Of a DNA stretch of 64,000 bases, positions 24,433-34,210 are shown one piece after another. A model generated the notes under the pieces. The model had not been told where the DNA came from, ran no database searches, and worked only from the letters and a program-made list of their open reading frames with translations. This DNA is from Octopus sinensis. Its lineage: Eukaryota. How positions within the stretch are numbered: position 1 is the stretch's first letter; each line of letters opens with the position of its first letter. The stretch covers positions 39,928,001 to 39,992,000 of the forward strand of contig NC_043006.1 in the NCBI RefSeq assembly GCF_006345805.1, read 5' to 3'. Made by a program: the position numbers and the translations under genes.

Positions 24433-26095
24433 GTCGCGTTTTTTTGCGCTCTGTAAAATTCGGTTAAAAAAGAACAAAAAGTGAATTGTGGTTGCGGAAT
24501 TGGAACGTCGGTTGGTGCGGTTTCGCGTCGCACTGGTTCTGTGCGTCGCACGTTTTCTGTTCGGGAGGCCGTTTTTCGGTCTGAGGCGACTATGAGCCGC
24601 CTCTACCAAACGGATGAGATGGAAGGGAGAAATTTCTCTGAAAATTCGTCGACATCTGAGGAGGAGTTGGCGGTGAAAAAAATGGAAAGCACCTACGCAG
24701 GTATAACGAAGAAGTCAACAGAAAAAGAGATAGACCTGGCTAAGTTGACGGACTTCCAGGAGTTCATGAAGGAGGAGGAGAACGGAGAGGTTGAGCTGTT
24801 GCCTCTAGCAGGGCGCGGAGACTGGTTCCATCATAGAACCATTAAATATAAAGTATTTATGAATGGAGGTAGAAAAATGGAAGTGATTAACATGGAAGCA
24901 ATTGAAGAGGCTTTCAAACAGACAGGAGAAGAAATTGTGTACATGACAAAAGGATTAGAATATGGAACCATAACGGTACAATTTAAAAGTGAGAAAGCAG
25001 CCAGGAATATAGCAGCCAAGGTGGTGAGTACAGAAAAGTTTTACTTGTTCCCCTCGTATTTGAATAGAAGGACCACCAGAATTAGGGTGGAAGGAATACC
25101 TCCACACCTAGAGGGCGAATTAATAACGGCTGCGGTTATCAAAGGAAATGAAGATAAAGTGGACATCCTCCACGCCATTATGAAATATGAAGGCGTGAGA
25201 GGTGCCACACTAGTAATAAACATACAGACGGAGGCGGAAGTTATAGAAAAGCTTACGGACAGTATAAAAACTGGAAATATTATTATGAGAGTGTGGGTGG
25301 AGGGTAGGGCGCCCAGGTGCTACAAGTGTGGCCTGAGGGGTCACATAAGAGCCTACTGCCCTCCCCCACCAAAGGAAAAAGAAAAGGAAATTGTCGCGGA
25401 AGCCCCAAAAGAGGAAGAAACCAAAGAGAACCAAAGGGAAAAAGAAACGACAGAAGAAGAGGAGATGCAAGCAGAGTGGGAAGAAGGAAGAAAAAAGAGA
25501 AAAGAAAGAAAAAGAAAAACTGTGCGAAGCCCCAACCCACCCCAACACCACCCGCACCCTCTGAATCCCACCCTTCCCCTGCAGACAGTGAACCCACCCT
25601 CTCCCCTCCAACAAGAAAACAAAAGAAAAATACAGACAGACAAGAGTTTGAAAACGAACCCAGGCCGAACATTTATATTGTGACTGAACAGAAAGAGGTT
25701 GCAAGGGTAATGGAGGAGTATGAATGGTATGAAATGGATGGGACCAGATATGCAGTGCTGGAAAAGAAGAATATAGATGAGTTTGTGTTGAGGTGTGAGA
25801 GGGAGAATTGGGAGGTGAAGGATACAAGAATGAGCGATGAATTCGTGGAATATATGGAGGACAGTTTCGGAGTAAGAATGGATATGGATGGTCTTCGTAT
25901 TGGGAATGAACATTCAGGTGACAGTGAAAACAAAAGGACAGGTAAGTGATGCTGGCGGAGGGGGCCGTTAGCATCGCTTTCATATTATCATTTTTTCATT
26001 TTCATTTGCTCATAAATTTAATCATATTGTTCTATGTCCCCCATGTTTTGTTATGTCCGCCATTCTTCGTAGCCCCTGGTGGGTAATAAAGAAAT
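24433..26095 (+). mobile_element. ORF1-only non-LTR retroposon, copy 1 (no ORF2; SINE-A-like 3' tail)
   Basis: One gag-like ORF, about 145 bp of 3' UTR, then the tail gtagcccctggtgggtaataaagaaat. No endonuclease or RT sequence lies between the ORF and the tail. The 5' boundary is approximate. Confidence 0.75.
24592..25949 (+). CDS. L1/Tx1-like ORF1 (gag-like RNA-binding protein, RRM-like plus CCHC), about 450 aa with one -1 frame disruption
   Basis: ATG at 24592 (MSRLYQ..). RRM-like YGTITVQFKSEKAA and TRIRVEGIPPHLEGELI, zinc knuckle CYKCGLRGHIRAYC, then an E/K-rich linker. The frame changes at about 25530-25560 into the 25317-25949 frame (..PNIYIVTEQ..YEWYEMDG..*). Confidence 0.8.
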
Positions 26096-26108
26096 AACAT
26101 GGAGGAAA

Positions 26109-28014
26109 TCTATCCACATGTGTTGTGAGTTATTTTGTATGTGAAAATTGAAAAAAGACTGTTAAAAATTGTCAAAAATTGAATCCGCGAGGCGTTTGCC
26201 GCTACGTGTTTGAACCTTTTATAGAAGGTGTGTCGACCCTCAAGTCATGGAGACTTACGCGGGGGTCGCCACAACAAAAAGTGACGAGTCACTTAGAATA
26301 AAAGAAGTGTTCTTTAGAAAAGAACAATTGAAGGAATACGAGAAGTTCGTCAAAAGGGAGGGTGACAGCGTGAAGCTGGTCCCGCCTGTGGAAACAATAG
26401 AAGAGAAAAATAACATCACGATAACGTATAGAACGCAAGATAGAAACACGAGAAAACTGGTGAGAGTGACGATTGAAGAAATAGAGAAATGTCTGGGGAC
26501 ATCATGAAAAAAGCGACTTTTGTAGACAGAGGAAAGAAATATGGTACGGTGGAGGTGAGATGCGCAACAAAGGAAGTGGCGGCCTCATTGGCTTCCACTG
26601 TCCTGAAAGCGGAAAATTTCACCATGTGGCCGACGTATAAAGAAGACGAGGGGTACGGGTAAGAGTCCCAAAGGTGCCCCCAAATATTAAAACAGAAATG
26701 CTGGTAACAGCCATTATTGGGGCAGCAAAAGAGGAAGTAGAAATAGGGTCAATTAAGGAGACGAACGTTGTAATTGGAAGGGATTCGGAGTAGAGTTGTG
26801 GCTAATGGCCCAATGGAAGACATCGAAAGATTTCCCTTCCAAATAGAAATAGAAAACGAGAAGACATTAGTGTAATAGTGGAAGGCAGAAAACCGAATTG
26901 CTACCTGGGCGGATCAAGAGGGCACATAAAAAAGGAATGTCCGCTGTATGAATTCACAGCGGAGCAAAAAGAGACACAAAGTGGAGAGAAGGAAAACGAA
27001 CACGAAGAAGGAAAAGCGAAAACAAGGAAAAGGAAATAACGGAGAAACAACAAGAGAAGGGAAGTAACAGCGCACTGAAGGAAAATGAAAACAAAGGGAA
27101 GAAGATAGTAGAAAAGGAGCAAAATTCACAGGGTGCAGAAGTAGAGGAGAAGGAGCCAAGGCAGAAGCAAGAGAAAGAAAAGGAAAGTACTTAAAGGAAA
27201 GAGAAAAAGCAGGAAAAGAACAAGAGAAGGAACAGAACCAAGAGAAAGGAAAAGATGGTATGCAAAAAGGAAAAGAAACAACAGGAAAGGAACTTAAGGC
27301 ACAGGGTAGAGAGACGGCAGACAAAGAGCCAAAAGACAAGAGAAGGAAAAAGAAAGAAGAGAAAGCAAAAAGAGAGAAAGAGAGAAACCGAGGGAGGAGA
27401 AAAAAGAGGAAGTAAGTCCTAAGAGAAAAACTAGAGAAAACGCAGGTACGAATAGAAAATTCAAATACTATGGAACGTTGATCCATCACAAGCACTGTGA
27501 GGAGATGGAAAATTTAATAAGCGAAACAAACGGATATACGTGGGTCAGGATGGGCACCGAATGGAAAGAAACAGGTGCACTCGTCCACGAGAACGACGCC
27601 GAGGCGTTCATCGAGGCAGCTGGCGAGAACGTGTTAAAACATATGAAATGCCGACTTCCAAGGTGGCCTCGAACGATGGAAATTTACTCAGATTTGGTAG
27701 ACATAATGGAGTATATATAAAAGAAAAGGTATTGTGAAAACTTAATTTGGAAATGATAAAAGAACTTTAAATTCGGAAAAAAAAAAAAAAAGAAATGTTG
27801 AACTTTGTAAAACTTTTTGAAATGTATGTTGAAAATGTATAAAATGTTTTATTTGAAAATATTGTTGACGAATAAAAATAATGACGAAATGTAACCGCTC
27901 GATTACGGGGATCGAGTGGGCATTGCACCACATTGTACAAACTTCATAATTCATTATTCATTTTCCCGATTGTATTGTCCCATCTATGTAGCCCCTAGTG
28001 GGTAATAATAAAAC
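26109..28014 (+). mobile_element. ORF1-only non-LTR retroposon, copy 2, flanked by a perfect 13-bp TSD
   Basis: aacatggaggaaa occurs at 26096-26108 and 28015-28027. The tail is tatgtagcccctagtgggtaataataaaac. The internal ORF1 is homologous to copy 1. Confidence 0.8.
26247..27722 (+). pseudogene. Frameshifted ORF1 of copy 2
   Basis: METYAGVATTKS (copy 1: MESTYAGITKKS), DRGKKYGTVEVRCATKEVAA, RVRVPKVPPNIKTEMLVTAII, VIVEGRKPNCYL[G]GSRGHIKKECP (second Cys lost), C-terminal YTWVRMGTEW..ALVHENDAEAFI. There are at least four frameshifts. Confidence 0.8.
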
Positions 28015-28330
28015 AACATGGAGGAAAGCACCTTCGAAAAGTGTCTTGGTGCAACTATGAAAGGTATCTAATCAGAGGCGGTAAATTCGCCACAATAGAA
28101 GCAAAGTTCGAGTCAATGGAGCGTGCAAGGGAATACTCGACTCGAACTTGCAAAGTGGAAATATTTTACTTTTACCTTTATATCTGGGACGTAGGACGTC
28201 CTGGAAAAAATTGAAAATGCCCCCCCCCCCTGAAGTAGAGGTAGGCTGGATTGTAGCCACACTTCTATACAAGAGGGAGGACAAGATACAATTGATCGAA
28301 ATTACAAGAGACGGGCTAACAATTCCAGTT
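28015..28330 (+). pseudogene. Internal fragment of a third ORF1 family member
   Basis: NMEESTFEKCLG..YLIRGGKFATIEAKFESMERAREYS..LQSGNILLLPLYLGRRTSWKKLKMPPPPEVEVGWIVATLL aligns by eye to copy 2 (IEKCLG..DRGKKYGTVEV..WPTYKRR..VPP..MLVTAII) and to copy 1 (FPSYLNRRTTR..IPP). Confidence 0.7.
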
Positions 28331-28464
28331 TGTTATATATTTTTAGTATTGTTATCACTAGCGATATCAAGATATAACTTTGTATTTTGTATTTTATGTG
28401 TAGATGTATATATATATAGATGTACATGTAATATGTACACATATATATACACATATATACATGC

Positions 28465-28506
28465 ACTAGCACTATGACCCGGCAACGACGGGTCTTTAAT
28501 GCTAGT
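28465..28506 (+). mobile_element. Helitron 3' terminus (hairpin plus CTAG)
   Basis: gacccg-gcaacga-cgggtc hairpin at 28476-28494, then ctag|t at 28502-28506. The segment is quasi-palindromic (actagca..tgctagt), so it could be a stand-alone mini element. Confidence 0.65.
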
Positions 28507-28507
28507 A

Positions 28508-28570
<63 letters not shown>

Positions 28571-29051
28571 GAGAGAGAGAAAGAAAGAGAGATTTTATTT
28601 TACAAATATGTGTGTGTGTTTGTGTGCCCCTGGGCGTTTGTTGTGTATTATTTAATGTACACTGTATTAAATACACCGTATTAAAATGAAAGCTACTAAT
28701 AGTTTCTTCCCACTCAGACATGTGGTTAGGTAGATTCTTATATTGTGCCTTGTGTCTCCATGCAATCTACAGGCTCTGGTCACATGTTTTTTTTCTATCT
28801 GAAAATCAGGACGCTGACACATGAGAAGTTCCAAAAAAATAAACGAGAAGGTTGATGCAAAAGATGAAATGAAAAAACAAAGAGTAACTAAAGAGGGGAA
28901 AAAGAAAAGAAAAGAAAGGAAAGAAGGAAAATTAGACTTACGTTGCCTTTGACCGCAGAAATCATATTTAAACTACTTATTGTAGAATAATTCAACGAAG
29001 AGGATTCCGAGTTTGCGAGATAAGTGTTCAATCCGGGGAGGTAGATGTCTT

Positions 29052-29400
29052 TCAGTTCGGCAAAAGAAATTTTCCCGCATGTTTGCATTTGCTGAAAATT
29101 TCTGATCTGGAACTAAGTATTGTTGTAGAATTATTGACTCTAAAAAGAATGTCCGATCTTCAAGCAAAGCATAAGCTGCATTTCTTATATCCATTTACAT
29201 ATGGCATATATTTCCACGTGGTGTGCAGTTTCCCTTGAGGTTCATACGTGGCTGAAGATTGCTTGGAGACATGATTTGCGCCATAAAAATCTGCCTGACC
29301 ACGTGTTTCAATGGCAAAAAGTACTATCAGCACTTATTTTAATACAGTTTCAATTAAATGATATTTATCTCCAACTGGATGGAGTACTTTTCTTGTTGAT
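29052..29400 (-). mobile_element. Penelope-like element, GIY-YIG endonuclease C-terminal relic
   Basis: Minus strand WKYMPYVNGYKKCSLCFA*..TTILSSRSEIFSKCKHAGKFLLPN* matches the Penelope end motif PY..G...C.LCL.EK..LN.RSEL.SKCRH.NKFLL. Confidence 0.75.
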
Positions 29401-29537
29401 CCTACCTCAACTGTGTGTGTAAGTACAAATATATATATACGACGGAATTCTGAAAAGTTCCTGGGTTGGAGGCCAACTTTCGGAGTTCTCTTTAAAGACT
29501 TAAAAAAATGAGAGATCGCTTCAATGAGCAAGTCTTA

Positions 29538-29571
<34 letters not shown>

Positions 29572-29573
<2 letters not shown>

Positions 29574-29685
29574 GTATAGTTGAAATTTACAGAAAAACAA
29601 AAGACAAAGACGGGTGTATAAACAACAAGCAGGTGTATTAGTTTGATGCTCGAGAAAGTGAGAAAGTCTTTTACGTTTCGAGCCT

Positions 29686-29727
<42 letters not shown>

Positions 29728-29900
29728 TATGATGTTAATACCAATACGCTCTCCCTTTTTCCTCTCATCCCTTTCTATCGAAGAGCATAGGCTCGAAACG
29801 TCTAAGACTTTCGTATTTTTCTCGAGCGTCAAACTATTACTCGTCCTTGTTACTCCCTCACCTACCTTTGTCTTTTGTTTTCTATACATTTGAACTATAT
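29572..29900. repeat. Inverted pair of about 110-bp Penelope-type terminal repeats around (CA)(TA)n
   Basis: ttacgtttcgagccta (left) versus taggctcgaaacgt (right). The arms extend outward to gttgaaatttacagaaaaac and gttttctatacatttgaac. Confidence 0.7.
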
Positions 29901-30060
29901 ATGTATGTGTATGTATGCGCGTGTGTATGTGTGAGTGTGTGTGTGTGTGTGTGCGTGTGTGTTGGGAATAATAATATTATTACTGTCGTTAGTATCAGCA
30001 TCATTATTTTTACAACTATTATAACTACGTTTATTGCAGTAAATAATGATAATAATAATA

Positions 30061-30124
<64 letters not shown>

Positions 30125-30140
30125 CATTATTATTATTATT

Positions 30141-30670
30141 GAGTGAGACAGCAACGCATGTCATCAAAGTGACACTGAGGTAAAATATACGAAGCCCGAT
30201 ATACCCATCATAACTACCCGTCTGATAAGGGTACACTAGGCACATGCACCATAACCATATGCGCATGACATGGTGACCCTTTATCAATATAAACAGCGCA
30301 TGACATTTCAGGAGGGAGCCGGTTAGAATTTTCTTCAAGTTAAGTAGCTCATCCCGATCAAAAGGTCCCTGAATAAGGTTTGTGTAAGGATGATGAACGA
30401 AGCCCCCAAGTTTCCACAGATGAATTATTCAAACTCCGAAGAATTCCTCTCAACACATGCTCGTAATCAGAGATGCACATATTTTCAACCACCAAGGGAC
30501 ATGCTTAACTGGTTAAGGTCAAACAACTGACAAGCAAATCTGTGGTATTGAGCAGAATATTTGCTGTAGCCCATCTTTTATACCAAGACAAAACAATGTA
30601 CATGATATCACTTCCACTCAGTTAAGATCAGAAGCCGCGAGAGCCACTGCCTGGCACTGCATCACGACAT
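30141..30670 (-). mobile_element. Non-coding repeat of about 530 bp inserted in (TAA)n, copy 1 (class unknown)
   Basis: Starts gagtgaga immediately after (att)n and ends at another (tat)n tract. A second copy lies at 32353-32815. The orientation assumes an (AAT)n tail. Confidence 0.7.
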
Positions 30671-30692
30671 GTATTATTATTATTATTATTAT

Positions 30693-32334
30693 CTTTTTTC
30701 TTCTTCTTCTTTCAAATTTGCTTCCATTCCTTGCCGAGTGTCTTCCCGACTCCTAGGGCAAAGAAACTCATAGTATACATTGGTAGGCCATTAAACTAAA
30801 CTCACTAGTTCGTCCATTTTTTTTTTAAGTTAAATTAAAATACATGGGTAGTAATAGTACTCACATCGACAATGCTCTTCTCAATACGTGTGATGTACCA
30901 GTTAAGACAATCTTTTGCACTTCTTGCAGGGATGGTAAGCCAGGGATCATTCTCATATAATTTTCGGTTCCCTTCTTGATCATTCCTAGTGCTCCTACGA
31001 TCACTGGTATTGTAACCGCCTTGAGATGCCACATTTTCTCAGTTTCAATGAGCAGGTCTTTATATTTTCTGAGCTTGTCAAACTCTTTCGCCAAGATATT
31101 ATGATCACAGGGGATGCTCATGTCGATCAATAAGCAAACTTTATTGTTTTGGTCTTTCACAACAATATCCGGTTTATTGGCTTTGATGGTTCGGTCCGTA
31201 TGTAATGGAAAGTCCCACAGAATCGTTACATTTTCTCCTTCAGTTACAGCCTCAGGGTGGTGATTATACCACTTGTCGGCAGTTTTGATATTGTAATGCC
31301 GACTTATTAGCCAGTGTAGATATTGGCCAACTCTGTCATGTCTTAATTTATACTCCACTGGTGCTAAGACTTTATATCCAGAGATTAGGTGGTTCACTGT
31401 TTCAATCATGTCGTTGCAGAATCGGCATTTTGGGTTTGCTCCATTTTTCATCACATTGGCCTGGTAGTTCCGGGTTAATAGGCTTTGATCTTGAGCAGCC
31501 AGGATGAAACATTCGCTCTCTGCATTTAGCCCTGAGCTCCGTAGCCACTGATGGGTTTGCTTCTGGTCAACATCAGCTTGTTTGCTACGGGTCACATATT
31601 TGCCGTGCAGAGGTTTCTCCTCCCACCTATCAGCCAATTGCTCGTGCGCTTTTCTCGTTGCCATTATTTCACCTTCTTTGCAACAATAGTTGCCGTACTT
31701 CCCTCGGGTTGTTCAGTTTGGGTATCCTGCACGAGATCAATAGCAATTTTTTTGCTTTCCTTTATGATAGAATGAAGCTTCTTTCGTCTCTCGTGATTTT
31801 CCACGAGCTTTAGCATCCAGTCATTCGTTATTTCAAGATATTTGGCCAGTCCAATTGTGGTTGTTTTGTAAGATAGTTCAAATTGGGTCAGGCCTCGACC
31901 TCCTTGGGCTCTGGGGAGGTAAAGGCAATCTACGTCTGCTTTCGGTGGTGCATCATATTACAACTCAGCAGCTTGCGTATTTTCCTATCTATATTCTTTA
32001 CTTCACTCATATTCAAGTTCAACACATTGTAGCTATAAGTAACATCTGGAACTGCTAAGGAATTTATAGCTAACACCTTGTTACGTGCATTTAGTTCAGA
32101 TTTCAGGACTGCACAAACTCTCCTATAACATTCCTTCCTGATCTTCTCTTCATGCTTGCATGCTGAATACCAGAGCCTTCATTTATCCCTAAATATTTGT
32201 ATGTTTGTTCTTGCTCAAGCTCTCTTATGACTGTGTCAACGTCTAACACGACTGAATTTGTGGTCTTCACTTTCCCTTTCTGGAAAGTGGCCTTGGCACA
32301 CTTCTCAAGCCCAAACTCCATCCCGAACTCCTAC
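30693..32334 (-). mobile_element. 5'-truncated R4/Dong-clade LINE (RT end plus restriction-like endonuclease) inserted in (TAA)n
   Basis: GMEFGLEKCAK..YKYLGI..DRKIRKLL..LYLPRAQGGRGL..W..KPLHGKY..CRFC..ETVNHLISG..RHDRV..WDFPLHTDRTIKANKPDIVV..LIDMSIP..K..KY. Both ends are bounded by (TAA)n. Confidence 0.92.
30861..31664 (-). pseudogene. Open C-terminal 267 aa of the R4/Dong ORF (zinc knuckle plus RLE domain)
   Basis: ORF track entry with CRFC..H..[C>Y], RHD and KPD..D motifs. The upstream part is frameshifted and truncated. Confidence 0.85.
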
Positions 32335-32352
32335 ATTATTATTATTATTATT

Positions 32353-32815
32353 GAGTGAGAGAGCAGTTCATGCCATCAAAGTGACTCTGGGGTAAAATAT
32401 ACGAAGCCCAATATACCCATCATGACTACCTGTCTGATAAAGGTACACCAGGCACATGCATCACAACCATATGTGCGCGACATGGTGATCTCATATCAAG
32501 ATAAACAGCACATGACCTTGCGGGTGGGGCCCAGTTAGAATTTTCTTCAGGTTGAGTAGCCCATCCCGCTCAAAAGGTCCCTGAATAAGGATTGTTTAAG
32601 GATGTTGAAAGAACCACCCATGTTTCCAGAGGTGAATTATTCAAACCCCAAAGAATCCCTCTCAACACATGGCTATGATGCTCCCCCACTACTTCTGCTC
32701 GTGATCAGAGAGGCACATATCGTCAGCCACTAAGGGAAATGCTCAACTGATTAAGGTCAAACAACTGACAAGCAAATCTGTGGTATTGAGCAGAATATTT
32801 GCTGTAGCCCATCTT
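32353..32815 (-). mobile_element. (TAA)n-associated repeat, copy 2 (shorter at one end)
   Basis: Collinear with 30141-30670 up to gctgtagcccatctt, then (att)n. Confidence 0.7.
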
Positions 32816-32831
32816 ATTATTATTATTATTA

Positions 32832-32868
<37 letters not shown>

Positions 32869-33195
32869 TTGGCAGATTTCCTACCGCCCTTGCACTACAC
32901 TTCCTTTCACTTTTGCTAATATACTCCTTTTCGCCTCGCAAAGTTTCAGGGGTTTTTTTTTGTTTTGTTTTTTGTTTTGTTTTTTTTTTGTCTATCCGGC
33001 TACTAATTCCGGGACTATAATCATGGGGTTATAATAGAAAATACTTGCCATAAGTGTCACACCGTGGGATTGAATCCAAGACCAGAGTTGGGAAAGAAAG
33101 CTAATTAACCCCACATCCACGACAATGATTTTTTCCCCTTTCTTTCTTTTTTCTTTGTTTCTGTAATGCATTTTCTCTTGAAATACGACGAATTT

Positions 33196-33298
33196 TTAAA
33201 CCGAAACAACTGTATTCCGAGAATGCCATTCTGGAACTGACACTGGTTGTTCTATCAAGTAAGGCTTGAATTTTACGTCATCTTCTTCTTTGCAATAT
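33196..33298 (-). CDS. Candidate coding exon (xYCKEEDDVKFKPYLIEQPVSVPEWHSRNTVVSV*, or a 57-bp internal exon 33242-33298)
   Basis: Strong acceptor ttgtattattttttcaccatttcgtccag, phase 2. Open to TAA, with a possible donor gtcagt after 33242. No family recognised. Confidence 0.4.
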
Positions 33299-33945
33299 CT
33301 GGACGAAATGGTGAAAAAATAATACAAACATTTCAGAGATTGTGTTGAAGTATTTGCCTTCTAACGCTTAACTTACAACACACGTTCTACCGCTTTACAG
33401 GTGTGTTTACATCTACACAATGTAGGCCGACGAAGTCTTGTGAACAGGTAAATATAACCAATTCGCAAATGAAGTAATTGCAGTGAAATATACTGGTAAA
33501 CACAGGTGGTTTAGTTTATTTAAGAGACTACTGTATAATGTAGTTTGTATCACATTATTTATCGTATATTAATTGCTTTGCTTCTTTAACAACGAATCTG
33601 AGAAATCCATAAGCTGATATTTGTCCCTATTGAAAATCAAAACGCATTATATCATAGGAGCTATTCATCATTTCCTCACTCTATCATTCAATATTCAAGA
33701 TAATTCCTATGATATCTATACATATTTATAAAATAATATTTACAGTGTGCGTTTGTGTGTGCGCGTGTCTTAAAGATTATCTCTCCCCAGCTACTTTTCA
33801 TTTTCCTATTTCGATAAAATATAAACACAATTGATATGGGGAAAGATACTGTTTGAGATACAGTTTTTCTGTTTCTCCAATAAGTTTACCAAACCAGAAA
33901 ATAATCACTGTATGAGGAGGTTATACTTAAATATATATATATATT

Positions 33946-34210
33946 ACTCCGTCGGTTACGACGACGAGGGTTCCAGTTGATCCGATCAACGGAACAGCCT
34001 GCTCGTAAAATTAACGTGCAAGTGACTGAACACTCCACAGACACGTGTACACTTAACGCGTGACACAGAGTGTGACAAGGCTGGCCCCTTTGAAATACAG
34101 GTACAACAGAAATCGACTCAGGAAAGGATGAAAGGCAAAGTCGACCTCAGCGGAATACCGCTAATCATTTCGTCCGGCGTGCTAACGTTTCTGCCAGCTC
34201 GCCGTCTTGA
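33946..34210 (-). mobile_element. SINE family E fragment joined to a family A fragment
   Basis: actccgtcggttacgacgacgagggttcc.. is followed by gaaaggatgaaaggcaaagtcgacc..gtgctaacgtttctgccagctcgcc. Confidence 0.75.

Noticed and set aside
25210-25983. Antisense ORFs (257, 186 and 129 aa) over ORF1 copy 1, and 26914-27495 over copy 2
   Set aside because: Shadows of purine-rich sense sequence, with low-complexity F/S/L translations.
30141-30670. HDV-like ribozyme in the (TAA)n-associated element, as expected for R2/R4-derived elements
   Set aside because: I could not assemble P1/P3/L3/P1.1 in the right order on either strand by eye. A covariance search would be needed.
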